Positions 39,037 to 53,510 of a stretch of DNA of 64,000 bases are shown here, piece after piece. The position numbers and the translations under genes are program-made. Source of the DNA: Eledone cirrhosa (taxonomy: Eukaryota); the NCBI GenBank assembly GCA_964016885.1, contig OZ024740.1, positions 90,892,001-90,956,000 on the forward strand. The letters are read 5' to 3'. A model generated the notes under the pieces. It worked only from the letters and a program-made list of their open reading frames with translations. It was not told the origin of the DNA and did no database searches. Position 1 is the first letter of the stretch. Each line of letters begins with the position of its first letter.

Positions 39037-39748
39037 ACAGTTGCATTTCTCTTGCTTTATGTTCATACGAGTTATCACCATGTCACAACCAGTGACCTCA
39101 AGAGACAACAAGGTCCGCCATGTTCAAGAAAGAAAATAAATACACACATCTGCATCTTTAGGTGTTTAGACTTGTGATGTACTTATATTGACATAATCTT
39201 CCTTAGTATATGGGCAGTTCCCATTAGTACTATTTTTGTGTTTTTCATATACGCGGGCTTCCTGGGATTTGCGATAACTAATCATTAGACCCCTTAGGTA
39301 TCATTCCTAAAGCGGCTACAACCACTGGTATTGTTTTAGTTCTCAATTTCTACATTTTTCCAATTTCTATGTCCAAGTACTTATACTTGCTCAATTTTTC
39401 AAATGTTTTTATAGACACATTCTTGTCTATTGGAACAGACATATCAATTAGCAGGCATACCCTCTTTTTAAAGTCCTTCAATATTATATCAGGTCTCTTT
39501 GCTTCTATTTTTCGGTCTGTTTGGATGCTAAAGTTCCACACGATTGAGATGTGATATTTTTTGAGGAAGGGAAGTTGTTGATGCTCCCACCAATTCTTTT
39601 GATGGGGAAGGTTAAAATGCTTACACATCATCCAATGTATGTATTTTGCAGCTCTCTCATGCCTGATTAGGTATTCGGTTTGAGCTATAGGACTGCACAT
39701 TGAAATTATATGATCAATGGTCTCTTGTTTTTTACATACACGGCATCC
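39037..39748 (-). mobile_element. 5'-truncated R4/Dong-type LINE (RLE domain plus 3' UTR)
   Basis: C..IAQTEY..RH, IVWNFSIQTD.....RPDII...CLLIDMSVP.D.N...K..EKLSKY; (TAA)n at both ends. Confidence 0.85.
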
Positions 39749-39749
39749 A

Positions 39750-39803
<54 letters not shown>

Positions 39804-40131
39804 TATTGGCGACCTACGTAGTAAATTGTACTATCGTGAGCTCTGCATAGTTTTGTTATTTTCAGTTGTTTAAAATTGCCATTTATTGAACATTTGTATT
39901 GTTAACTGTATATAAGTGCACATACATTGTTTTCTGAAAAGGACACTCAAAAAGATTGGGGCATTGAGCACAAAATTTAAACTTTTATAATTTTCACACC
40001 TTCCTCACAAACTAACACCTAACACCGACACCACCATTGTAAATATTATTACGTTTGCCAACACTAAAAATATAAGCAGTAGCAATATTTTAAATTTGTC
40101 TCAGGCAGACATTCATTTCCCGCCATTACCA

Positions 40132-41807
40132 ATGACTGCAGGTGTTAAAGCCGCCGCCACCTCCACCGCGACAACAGAAACAAAAGAAAAAAATAAACTA
40201 ACTCGTGATATCGAAATGAATTCAACGAAAATTAACTCTTCCACACCGAACACCACTGACGCCACCACCACCACAACTGAAACTAAAATTAATAATAACA
40301 AAAATTACGATAACAACAACAAAAATGAAATTAAGAAAACCACCCTGAGTTTTGCCAGAGTAGCAAAACAGTGCGAAGCATTTCAGGTAACTCAGGAGGA
40401 ATTAGAAGAAGCCCAAAAAATGGATAAGAAACATGGGTACAGGGTCAGCCCCACCCCACCTAATAAAATGGAGCATCGGCGCCTATGCACCGTGTTATAT
40501 AGAGCAATTAACACAAAATCGCGCCGAGTGGAACGGGCATCCGAGTCCCAAATCCAAAAAGCTTTGGGACATGTGTGGGAAAAGAAAACCCACATCAAAC
40601 GTGGGCAGAAATTTGGAACCGTGGACGTGTTCTTTGAAACACCACACGAGGCTAGAGAACACTCCATGGCCCCATTAAGAAGTGACGACTTCACACTCGT
40701 CCCGAGCTATTGTGGCCAGAGACTCGTAAAGATCAGGGTGACCCACGTTCCACCGGTCATCGAAATTCCCTGGCTAATAGCTGCCCTCCTCGCCGGCATC
40801 GAAGCCAACACCAAGATAATCGAAATAGCGAAAGAAAAGTAGGAGAACTGGTCCGGATCTGTGATGGAGCTCCTCATCCAAGCGGACCAAAAAAGCATTG
40901 AGGAGATCCCAAGGTAATAGACCTCCCTGACGGCAGCCACCTCACCGTAGTCGTCGAGGGCAGAAGGCCTAGGCGTGTCGTTCGTGGTGAAGGAACCCAC
41001 CTAAGGGCTTTGTGCCCTCAGGCTAAAAGTTTGAGGGCACCTCTCTTACCCACCACAGTGACTCAACCATCAACACCACCATCAGCAGAGATGGCAGCAA
41101 CAAATGTAGCAGCAACAACAGAAGCAACTGTAACAGCAACAACCCCAGCAACAGTAGCAAAACCAATACCGCCACCACCCAACGCGCCAAAACCAGCACC
41201 AGCACCTACACCATCCACCACGCCACAACCAAAACTAACGGCTGTGGAGGATTTTCCACTCCCCGGCCTATCACAACTGGAGACAGATTGTGACGACGAG
41301 GAGTGGGGAACGGTATCAGGAAAAAAGAAAAAACGAAACCAAAAAAGAAAAAATTCTCTTCCTTCCCCCTCCAAAAACAAAATACAGAGGGAAACAAATA
41401 AACTATCAAACAAAAAAGTTAGGACAGATATGCCACCATCCACATCAGCATCACCAACCCCATCACCACAAACACCAACAGCATCACCATCATTAACCCC
41501 AACACCACCATCACCAACACCACAAACGTCACCAAAAAGCGAAACAGAAACAAACCCACATCTAACGCAAACAAAACAAAACAACCAAAACAATACACAC
41601 TACACATCATTAAATGTGAAAAACAACCAATTATTACACTACATCCAACACAACACCAGCATCACAGAAAAAGACTACAGAACAACCCAAAAGTTCACAC
41701 CACCTCCACACATACAAATCACTCGCATCACACAGAAAACGTACATGACACTAAAACAAAAATTCCCCAAAGACATAGGAGATTCCGACAAGCACTCTCC
41801 AGGATGA
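40132..41807 (+). pseudogene. LINE ORF1-like protein (stops near 40842 and 40920)
   Basis: SFARVAK, RRM-like KFGTVDVFF..KIRVTHVPP, degenerate VVVEGR/zinc-knuckle region, Pro/Thr-rich tail with EEW.TV..KKK. Confidence 0.75.
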
Positions 41808-41899
41808 TTTATAAGGTCATCCTTCCTGAGGAGGCCACACGCAGTGAAAAGGATGGAGAAACCGTTCTTCCTCTACAAGAAGTAGGGTAAGTGGTCATT

Positions 41900-44800
41900 C
41901 CCTTCTTTTCCACTCCATTTCAACAGAACCTCACTCAGAATAGGCAGCAAAAATGCGCGTGGATTGGTGTGGTCATGGAAGCAGGGCCACCTGCTCAACG
42001 GCATCAGGTCACTAAACATAGATGTAGTGGCCATCAGCGAGACCAGAATCTCTGAAGCACGGGCCTTCGCACCGATCTCCGACGGCTACGATGTGTACGC
42101 ATCTCCCAGCCGTCCGGGATTGGGGGGATGAGTTGCTGTGCTTTTTCGGAGAGGTTTGGATCTCGCCATACGGGCCATCTTCCTGGACCCAGAAGGTAAG
42201 TTGATACTGCTGGACGTGACGAGTGGAGACAGGCAAGCTTTCGGGCTAGTGGCCGTCTATGCCCCGACAGGAGCAGGGCGGCCTGATTTATTCCGGCGTC
42301 TGGAGACCTTTCTTGGAACGTCCCGTTCTTTAGTGTTAGTGGGCGACTGGAACGGGATCTTAGATGCACGCTGGGACTGTGAGGGATTAGCGGATAGAGG
42401 AGGAGGGTGCAAGCGTCTCACCAACCTGCTCAGGCGTTTTGAACTGTCTGACAGGTACCGATTGGATTTCCCGAATGTACCAAAATGAACTTGGACAAAT
42501 CGCTTAGGGTCATCCAGATCATATGTAGATAGAGTATTTTGTAGGGAAATAGATAGGCCTAGCATAGGCTGTCCACAATTTAAGATAGTCAGCTACACGA
42601 ACCACAAATTCGTGATCTGTGTGCTTGACTTAGATAGGCTTCATAGACGAGGACTCGGCTACTGGAAACTAAACGCGTCCTTACAAGCGCGCAAGGCCAA
42701 CAGAGACCAGATTAGCGAACTAGTTAAGCGGGCGTTGACGAGGACCATCGTCAACAACAAGTGGTGGTTTGCTCTGAAAAGAGCAATTAGAATAGAGTCC
42801 ATAAGGTTTAGTAAGGCTTTAGCAATAGAGAAAAATAGAACAGAGGGAGAATTAGTTAGAAAATTAGACGAGGCGCTTAGCAAAGGAATCGGGACCGATG
42901 TACTAGCGGCGAAATTGACCCTTGACCAATTCTTCAAAGCAAAGCACGAAGGCTGCGTTGTCAGAGCTACGGTGCGTGCTCTCAGACACAAGGGGACGAA
43001 AGCTGTTCAATGGGCCCGAGTGGCGGAGGCGCGTCGTGGCAACAAAGCCACGATCCAGTCTTTTGTGGACCACGACGGGCGCATGCTACTCGATCCCGGG
43101 CAAATGTGTCAAGCGACACTTCTCACAGCTGTTCGGGGGCAGCGGCGGGTCGGAGCGATGGATGGACTTTAGCGTCTACCTCGACGGAGTGCCGCGGCTC
43201 TCGGCCACTGAGGCGGAGTGTTGCGAAAAGCCGATAACAGCCGCTGAAGTACGGGAGGCAATGACTGGCTGTACAAGGGGTAAATCGCCTGGTTTAGATG
43301 GTCTGCCCTATGAACTTTACGTACATATGCCAGACTTGCTCGGACGCTTCTTGACGGACGTCTACTGCAACTGGCAACAGAACGGAAGTATTCCCAGCTA
43401 TGTGAGCCGAGTAGATGTGGCGCTTCTGAGAAAGGATCCGAACAAGGGGGATAACATAGATAATTTCAGGCCATAACTCTGCTAAACACAGGGTTCAAGA
43501 TTTTGACCAAGGTGCTAGCAAAGAGGTTGGCGCTTGTCGTTGGTGGTCTGGTGGGAGAGGTGCAGACATGCGCCATTACCGACAGATCCTCCACGACAAC
43601 CTCCACCTCATGCGATACATCGTAGAGAGGGTAGCCAGCGAACCTGGCACGGGTGGGTCCTTGATAAATTTAGATCTGTCGAAAATTTCGAACGGGTCGA
43701 TCAACTTTACCTAGCGGCTGTCCTGAGGCCGGCTGGCTTTGGGCCCGACTTTTGAGGCTGGATCGCTGCCATGCACAGCGACATCTGCTCTGTGGTGAGA
43801 GTGAACGGTCACTTTCAGGACCGTTCAACATCATGCGCTCGGTCCGCCAAGGATGTCCGCTCTCGTCCCTCTTGTACGTATTGACTCTCGATCGACTACC
43901 GCACAAACTGGAGACGTTGAAGGGGGTCTCGCGCAAACTAGAATGCGGAAGATCCGTGTCAGCATATGCGGACGATGTCACCGTAGTGGTGTCGAACGCC
44001 AAAGACATCGAGGCGATCGGCACTATAATAAGAGTATACGAAGCGCTGACAGGAGCAATGATCAACCAGGAAAAGTCAGTGGGCCTGCAGCTCGGCACCT
44101 GGAGAGGCAGGTCCATGCTGTCCAACAGCGTCGTTGGGCGCTGCACGGACAGACCGGTTAAATTGATAGGGGTCTGGTTCGGTACGGCCCTCCAGACGGA
44201 CAAGAACTGGGACGAGGTGACGAGCAGGGTGGCTTCTCTCACCCAGAAATGGGCGGAGAGGAAGCTATCATTGAAAGGTCGAGCGGAGGTGGCTAACGCG
44301 TACATCGCGTCCATCATCTACTACCGCCTGACCGTCGTACCTTGTCCTAAGCCCCGGCTGACTGCGCTGGAGCGTTTGCTCTTTCGCTTTTTGTGGAAGG
44401 GACGTGCTCCGATTGTCAGGCGGTCCATCTGCTGCCAACACCCGCTACGTGGATGGCTGGGCATGCCGTGGCTGATGATGCGCAGACACGCGCTCAGACT
44501 ACGACATCTCCACCTCTTCCTCGACGGTGATCAGGTTTTAGTCGCAGTTTACAAGACATGTCTTTCCCCAGCTCGTCTCCTTGACGGAGCTGCAGTCCTG
44601 GGTCAAGCGAAGACAGAGAGGGAGCGCTTGGAAACTGGAATGTCTTCAGGCGCTCACAGCCCTCGACGACTAATCGGGCAATGTGATCGGTGGAAACTCC
44701 ACCTTGGCGTTCTATAGAGGATTAGTGGAGGGGAAGAGCGATGACGTACTTGGAGAAACTCTAGGCATCGACGAAAATCAAGTAGCCAATCTCTTCGGAA

Positions 44801-45321
44801 AGACTTTCGGACCGGGGGCCTATGGACAAGTTCAAGAAATCCCTAGCCTGGCAGTGCTACAGAGGAGCTTTGTCAGTTCGGGATAAACTTTACAGGAATG
44901 GAGGTGCCGTCAGCCGGGCATGTCCGAGATGCGGGCAGGGCGACGGAACAGTCCTGTACGCACTCCTCCAGTGTCCAAGCATTTATTTCGAACACCTGCT
45001 GTCACGTGTAGGACGGATCCAGCTATCAGCTGAGTCCATCGTGAGGATTGCCTCGCCCTCTTCCTTTATCCGGGAAGGGCAGGCAGTTTTTAACTGTCTG
45101 GTGGCCATGGAGAAAGTGATAGTATGGTGGACATGTTTGAAAGAGCTGAAGACGAGCACTTACCTCTTCGGTGATGCCCTGATTGACTTTTTCAAATGTC
45201 ATTTGAAAAGGAAAATCAGGGTAGAGAGGGAAGTGCTCTCTTCTCAGCATTTTGTTGAAAGCTGGGTGAGAGAAGCATGAATGGCCCGAGTGAATGGGCC
45301 TACTCTGAGAACGTTTATGTA
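41900..45321 (+). pseudogene. LINE ORF2: AP endonuclease, RT, C-terminal zinc finger (frameshifted)
   Basis: LRIGSKNARGL, VAVYAP, LVGDWN, GYWKLN, KSPGLDGLP.E.Y, NFRP, SVRQGCPLS, AYADD (43965), CPRC. Confidence 0.92.
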
Positions 45322-45576
45322 AATTAAAGTTGGAAAACTGGGAGAGGGCACTTGCCTTGGTGGTCAGGGTCACTGTGGCCGTTTACTGGGCTTTCTCCAC
45401 AAATGTCCCTCCGAAGTCTCCCCGCTATTGGGGAATTTTTCATTGTTATTTTATTGTTACATCCTCTGTTTTTGTTTTTTACACGCAGAAATGCCCATTA
45501 GTACCGTCCTGTATTGTGCTGCACTGTCCTTAATGTCTTCTTCATGTAAACCCTTGTGGTTAATAAAGAAATCATT

Positions 45577-45754
45577 GGATTGGCAGTATCGGTAGAGGGT
45601 CGGACGCCATGCTTTCCAGCATAGTTACGTCCCTTTATGATCTGAGTTCAAATCCCGCCGAGGTTAACTTTGCCTTTCATCCTTACGGGGTCGATAAAAT
45701 AAAGTACCAGTAATGCACTGGGTGATTGCTGGGCTTGTGCCTAAAGTAGAAACA

Positions 45755-45788
<34 letters not shown>
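45577..45788 (+). mobile_element. tRNA-derived SINE copy
   Basis: Same family as 34210; (TTA)n tail. Confidence 0.88.
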
Positions 45789-45789
<1 letters not shown>

Positions 45790-46469
45790 TAGTGTTGTTG
45801 TTGTTGTTGTTGCGGTTGTTATTTATCTTTTATAAGTTACAAAAGAAGGGATTTTGTGAGACCGATATGCAAATCTATTGTATTATTATGATTTTAATAA
45901 TCATTGATGAATTTAATCGAATAACTTTTTATTTGCTTGTTTATAACGTGTAAACATGTAATTAGAACAAAATATGCATTAAATGAATGCTGTACCATTT
46001 TGAACGTTTATAATCCTTTATTCATATGTATCGAAATCATTCGACCCTGGTATTTTGCATCTTTTGGTAATTCTTATCAAATATGATTATAGGAATTTTA
46101 AATAGAACTTTAATAATATGGTTTCTCGTGAGGATTACCGTAAATATTAGGATTTATCAATTATACTGCAATTTCACGGATACCATATATGAAATATTTA
46201 AAAATATTATTTAGATGCTTATCTTTATTGCAGCAACATAAAATTAGTTATAAGTTATCAACATATCCCCATGGTATTCGAACGCGCAATTTAAATTCAT
46301 AATTCAGATAACTTTTTCATATCCAACAATAACCAATATATTCCCACTTGTCAGACCGGAAATAATAGAAAATACCTTTAAATTACGTTATTGCCATCGA
46401 ATTTGAAATTGATTCAGGACATTTTTATGTTGGTTTGTCCAATGAATTTAAAGTATTATTTGAAATTTA

Positions 46470-46770
<301 letters not shown>

Positions 46771-47542
46771 AATGCAATTGAGATATTATCCAGTGTGTAA
46801 ACGTATCTCTCTCTCTTTCTTTAAAGCAATATCTATTAACCTTCTTCTGTCACGCACCCACATACAATCAGACACACATAGCCATGATAACGTCGATGAT
46901 AGATACAGAGCTTGCCAGGTATTCACAAAAGAAAATATTAAGAAATGCGTGCTTCACAATTGACAGTCAACTTACGAACGTCACCTCTGTCATTTATTTT
47001 TATTTTTGTGGGTGTTCGACATACATCACTTTCGATGCCGTATATTTCAGCTGTGCAAATGACTGAGCATTCACCTGATATCTAGTCACTCAGCGTAAAA
47101 CAGCTTAATTCTAGCCGTTTGAATGAGGGGAACAAATAATTTACTATTCCAATACATTACATAATAAACCAAACACTACCAAATAAAATCCGCAAACACC
47201 GCGTAAATAAGGGATTCTGTGGTCTTTTAGATGACAAGAATCTTAGGTGTGAAATGAATTACCTATTACAATTTGCTATTTACATGACCATTAACTATAA
47301 TTATCTTATTGAAATTATTGAAAAATTGTTTCTATGATTAAAAGATTATTACAGATTTCTAACTGGTATATCTAGCATCTCGTTGGGGTCCATAATGACA
47401 TTGGACTTCGGCGTTCATGCACGTGTGGATGTGTTTGTGATTATATATATATATTTAATATTATTATGAAATGAGTAATCATTTCTCTTTGCCAATGAGC
47501 ACATGCGGATAAATATATATATATATGTATATATATATATAC

Positions 47543-47575
<33 letters not shown>

Positions 47576-47754
47576 GATGTGTGTGTGTCCCAGAGCATGT
47601 ATATGTGCGTCTGTGAACGTAATAGAGAGAGAAAACTTTTGAGTGTATGTGTGTGTGTTAACTGAGAAAAAGAATTGCATAAGAATACATATACGACATG
47701 TATATGTAAAGTAAACTATAATAGATATATTCAACCCCGCTAAAGGCGTTGAAA

Positions 47755-48560
47755 TCTGTATATATATAAAATTAAGTATGTGTGTGTGTGTGCCTGTGTA
47801 TTACCTATAGGGGCGTACATCATGCGACCGATTTTCATGAAATTTTACAGGCTCATAGATTAGTCATCGAGGAGTGTTTCCCCTATATCAACGTATCGTT
47901 TTTTTTTTATCTGGAGTCATTCTGAAGATAAAGATCGATAGGGTGGGTCAGTTTTTTTAGGTATCGAAAAATAAGATTGTTGGCTCTAGTTCCCATATTT
48001 TGCCACCGATTTCATTCAAATTTTAAGGCAGAATATAATGTAACAGTGCACATCCTGTGTTAGTTTTATATTTTGCAATTGTTGATCAGGGACGGCGTGG
48101 CAGCCGCTTAACTATTCAAAAATACCACTTTTAGACTCACATTTCCACTCTTTCGGCTCTAGCTCCCACATTAATCAACTTACCTTATTCAAATTTTGCA
48201 CTACGCTAGATCTGATTATTTCACGTCTTAAAGTGGCTTAGATTGTTGATATTTTCTTCAGGAACGGCGTGGCAGCCGCTTAAATATTCGAAAATACCAC
48301 CTTTTCGCTCGAAGTTCAGCCTTTTCGGCTCTAGCTCCCACAGTTTTCAACCGATTTATTTCAAATTCGAAACTCCCCCCTCCAGCATGCCGCTTCGTCG
48401 GTCACCTGCATATTTCAGTGATAGAGGTCATCACCACCCTCCCCCGCATGTCCTGTGTGTGGCCATAGATGTCATCTAGAAGCAGTCGCTAAGATCAACA
48501 CCTTTCCTTCAAAGCAGATATTATTTTACCTACCCAGGCAACGCTGTTAGTAATAGTTAG
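47755..48560 (+). mobile_element. Probable non-autonomous Helitron
   Basis: A|TC 5' end followed by TATATATAAA and (GT)n, internal CCGATTTTCATGAAATTT-type subrepeats, degenerate 3' hairpin CCCAGGCAACGCTG then TTAG|T. Confidence 0.65.
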
Positions 48561-49025
48561 TAATAAAGTCTAAGTGACCAGAGGATTTTAAAAATGCCAG
48601 ACGCTTTTGTCACAAAATATTTTCTTCCTCTGTGACAACTACTGACGGGCTTTTGAAATAAGTATAACTCATAACCAATACGCGTTTGACAATATCAAAT
48701 AAACTAGAGACGCTCGTTCACATATAATGCGAACTTGACTGAACATAATTAAAATTTGGACATTTTTCTGCACACATTTTATAGTAACTAATTGAACAAT
48801 ATATATGGGAAACATATTGTGGCTGGCATAATCCAAGCAATGTAGCACGAATTTAAAATTCCGTTGACTATTCAGTTTGGATGACTCTTGAAAGATATAG
48901 TTAATTACCTACATGATATATTATGATCTAAAGTAACATAACAATCTCAGAATTAATGACCAATGCTGAATATACCTTTTAGCATATCCTAAACAAATTG
49001 ATAATATTATTACCAAATACTAAGG

Positions 49026-49215
49026 GCGGTGGATTGGCAGTATCGGTAGAGGATCGGACCCCATGCTTACCAGCATACTTACGTCCTTTTACGATCTGAG
49101 TTCAAATCCCGCCGAGGTTGACTTTGCCTTTCATCCTTACGGGGTCGATAAAATAAAGTACCAGCAATGCACTGGGTACTTGCTGGCCTTGTACCTAAAG
49201 TAGAAACAATTATTA
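49026..49215 (+). mobile_element. tRNA-derived SINE copy
   Basis: Same family; flanked by direct repeat ATTATTACCAAATACT. Confidence 0.88.
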
Positions 49216-49562
49216 CCAAATACTGCTATTCCAAGTAGATACATTCCGTTTTATTTTGGCAGTCATATTTAGATAAACGGTTATGTGTATATAATACCTA
49301 TGTTATACTAAATTACTGCCTTCAAAATGTTAATATCACACATGTTGACATTAAATACAAACTTTAATTGAATTGTAGCAGATTCCTTGTTAATGCATTA
49401 CACAATTATTGTAAAGTTATATGAATGTGTACGTGAATATATGCGGAAGAATATTAAATTCCAAAGAAATCAAAAACGCGAGAATGAATATTAATATATT
49501 CATTTCTATGTACATCATTATATAATCCGTATATTATAATAACATTGCAATTTGAACATTGT

Positions 49563-49594
<32 letters not shown>

Positions 49595-49795
49595 ATTATC
49601 CTGATTTGGAGAATAAATACTGTATATATATTATATCTAATAATTCTATGGACTTACTTTTTTTATATATTGCTCTGATTGATAATTAGTTAATTAATAC
49701 GTCATTGAGCGACACCGTGAATGGTTGCCAAAAACACACATGTATATATATATATATATATGGCGCTGTCTAGTTTATATGTATATAAACTTTTA

Positions 49796-49855
<60 letters not shown>

Positions 49856-49946
49856 TTATATATACAAACATAAATACACATACACACCCACACATATATA
49901 CATATATATATATATATATATATTTAAATATGCATATGTATATATC

Positions 49947-52878
49947 TGCAATGACCTACATTCCGCGGGCTCACATACATTCTCTATGCGTGATTTGGCT
50001 CAGCTCAGCCAATCAGCGCAAGGGGAATAGAATGTATCCCTACGCATTCCGAGGGAGAAATAGCCCGCGAATATTTGAGAAATCTGAGACTTGCAGCTTG
50101 ACCATGCTAAGGTAAACACCACTTGTTCTTTTGCTCCGTAAGCACAAACAATATGTAACGACACAACAATTTTACTACGGACCTGGCCAAACGCCTCAGC
50201 CAGTCGACAGTATTTTCTCTTGTAATCTTAATTGATTTATTTTATTTCTCTTGGCATGCCAGCTCAACCTCTGTTAATAAATAATGTAAAACCAAGCTAA
50301 AGTCGTTGTCGATATTCCTATCATATCTTTCTACCAAACCTGGTTCCTCGTGGCAACATTACAACTCTCTAAAAATACACTTCTAAATACTTTACTGCTA
50401 AATTGGTGACCCTCGACGATTAATATGAAAACGCAGCCTATTTGAATTCGCCATTCGTTTTAATGGCTATGTGGAGTGGCTTAACATTTGGAATGTTCGA
50501 ATCGGGTAGCTAGACTCACTTAGCTTAAGTCCATAAAATTCATAATATTCCATTTGTTGAAGCACGCGGTCTGCACACTGTTTCTATCATAACTTTCATG
50601 GTAACACTAGTGACTCACGCATACAGACGAACAGAAAAATACAACACAAAAGTAAGAGTTTTTTCGACGACTAACAACAAATTTCGCTTTTGGATAGAAA
50701 ATGATGCGATGTCTTCTATCCGGTTGAGGTGGTTTGGTATATTTCAATTGGTGGATAAAATGAGTACGGTGACCACCGACTAAGAACAACTTGCTTTGCA
50801 AGCATAGTTTGATAAAAACGAAAAAAAAAAAAAAAAAAAAAAAAGGATTTCTCTGGATGTGGCACTTTGCTTTCGGCGTTCTGTTGAAATTACAAATGGA
50901 GACTCAGAAATTTTGTTTTCCCGCGTGCAGCTTGTCTTCTGCAATCCCAGCAATCTGATTGGCTGCATCGTGCCACATGACGGCTTCTTCGTCACGGACA
51001 CATTTTTCGATCAGCCATCTTGGGATTTCTTGCCGAATAATTTTCATGGAAAATAATTTTTATTATTATTCAAATTTTCTTTAGAATATGTTTAGAAAAA
51101 AAATTAGCAGTATTTCAAAAGCTTTACGCCACGAGGAAATTTCAAAACGGCTACCACCAAGTACCAGCCATCAGCAGCAACACATGGCTAACTATTAACC
51201 AACACCAGGGAACGGCTTGTAACTTTATCGATGCAACCACCATACCTTCTGTCTCGTTACCACAAGGACTCGAGAAATTAAGCCATTAGTTTTCTCACCA
51301 TTATGGCGTCAGACGTGGCTGCCATGTTTGTTACACAAGGTTCTTCAACGCTCGACTTCTACTCTACAGTAAATTCATTGTGACTTTCCATTAACAACAA
51401 CAACAACAACTCTACTAGCTCCCTAGTAAGAGCGTTCCCAAAGAAAAAAGAAGCGAACTTTTTGTTAAAAGAAAAGAAACAATTATTTCTTTCTTCCTTT
51501 TTTTTTAGGCATTTATTTTGGACATTTATTTTTTTAAACTGTATTATATAAACATTCATTTCTCTATCATTGTATATGTGACCACACGCACACATTTTCT
51601 TTGCTGTATTACATGCATGCATATATAAACACACCACCATGTTGTTGTCTATGGTATGTGATATTCAAGCGTCGTAATATTCTGCGAGATCCCTTTTCAC
51701 CTTCTGGAGGTACCAAAACATGCTATCGACACTTGCAGCTTAATTCACCTGCACCGCAGCACGAGAATGCTAATTGCAGCTAAACTCAAACAGTTTCGCA
51801 TCTCGTTGCACATTCATCGTCCGTAACAACCTCTATCTTGTTATTTTACCCAACTCACCGGGAAAACAACAAATAGAACTGGACTTGTCAGCATTTCCAC
51901 CACTTCTGTGGATTCGCCCGAATTATGGAACTGCAACCCACCTACAGATTCAACTTGCTGTTTTTTTCTGTTCAAAGCAACCAGCCATTTTTTCCTGGCT
52001 CCCTAGCACATTCGGCAATACATCTGGGAGGCCAACATTTTCTCGCCTACCCATCATCTTGCCATCACTGGTGAACTACCATAATAGCTTCGTCCACAGC
52101 TACTGGTAAAACACTTACCATTAACATTTAAGGCAAGAACAGCAACTTGACCCATGTCAGACTTTATCTGTTAGACCTTTGGTGGTCACGTATAAACTAC
52201 AAAACAGCTAGTCATTTTACAGCGGCTCAACACGGCCCGTAGCGCCTCATTTTTTTTCTTGCATGCATCTTTCTGCTCAATTATATTTTTGCTGATGTGC
52301 TCTTTCAGCATTTGTTCTTGCTGATTCAATAATCTGTATCGACTATCGTCTAGAAGGGGTGGGGGTGTAAACTGTACCCCATGTGTCCTTGGCTTCATCC
52401 TTAACGATTTTCGACTAAAAGTCTGCTCGGAGGTGATGTAGTGACCTACATTCCGCGGGCTCACATACATTCTCTGTGCGTGATTTGGCTCAGCTCAGCC
52501 AATCAGCGCAAGGGTAAGAGAATGTATCCCTACGCGTTCCGAGGGAGAAATAAGCCGCGAAGATTTGAGAAATCTGAGACTTGCAGCTTGACCATGCTAA
52601 GGTAAACACCACTTGTTCTTTTGCTCCGTAAGCACAAACAATATGTAACGACACATCAATTTTACTACGGACCTGGCCAAATGCCTCAGCCGGTCGACCG
52701 TATTTTCTCTTGTAATCTTAATTAATTTCTTTTTTTCTCTTGGCATGCCAGCTCAACCTCTGTTAATAAATAATGTAAAACCAAGCTAAAGTCGTTGTCA
52801 ATATTCCTATCATATCATTCTACCAAACCTGGTTCCTCGTGGCAACCTTACCAACTTCTAAACATACTTCGCTACTAA
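49947..52878 (+). mobile_element. Non-autonomous Gypsy-type LTR retrotransposon
   Basis: LTRs 49947-50401 and 52437-52878 starting TG; ATATC target-site duplication; PBS at 50404; purine-rich tract GGAGGTGA before the 3' LTR; gag-like remnant PP..VDSPELW near 51895. Confidence 0.85.
50404..50421 (+). promoter_or_regulatory. Primer-binding site resembling the tRNA-Trp complement
   Basis: TGGTGACCCTCGACGATT versus expected TGGTGACCCCGACGTGATT. Confidence 0.75.
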
Positions 52879-53452
52879 ATATCTATATATAAGTGTGCGA
52901 GACTGCCTGTGTGTGTGTGGGGGGGGGGGGGGCAGTTTATATATAGTAGTATACATAATACGATGCATTGTGTGATATGTAGTGAATGGGTATGTTTCTG
53001 AAAGACGGCACATTAAATTTGTAGATATATATAGTGTAAAAGGTGACAAATGAAACAAAACAATGTACATTTTACCCAGTATGTTTCAATAGGTTTCATG
53101 GTTCTACTCTCTTTTCGTTTTTACATATGAAGAGGTTTATAGCCCTGAAGTTTTATGTTGAAATATACTGGCTAAAGGAATTACTTTGTTTTTTTATTTG
53201 CTACTTATCGGTGTTTATATATTTCTATTGCAATGAATCGGATTTCGGAAACGTTCTCAGTCTTTTATAATAAATGTATATATGTATATAGTTTCAGAAG
53301 CTCCCTTATGGGTGAATGCAGCGATTCTTTGCTTAAACTTTAATCTGTTATTTTAATAAATATTTGCCCTACGGTTCTTATATATTTGATATATATTTAT
53401 CCTTATCGAGTCCTCTTTGGTTTTTAGTCTTCAGATTTATTATTATTACTAT

Positions 53453-53510
<58 letters not shown>

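Larger units (their letters stand above)
39812..45576 (+). mobile_element. Full-length but disrupted Tx1/L1-type LINE
   Basis: ORF1-like 40132-41807, ORF2 ~41900-45320, AATAAA 45562. Confidence 0.9.

Noticed and set aside
53262-53445. Possible - strand HHR (TAATAAAT-CTGAAGA ... GAAAC ... ATTTATTA)
   Set aside because: No NUH triplet at the required place and no convincing stem II; at best a decayed relic
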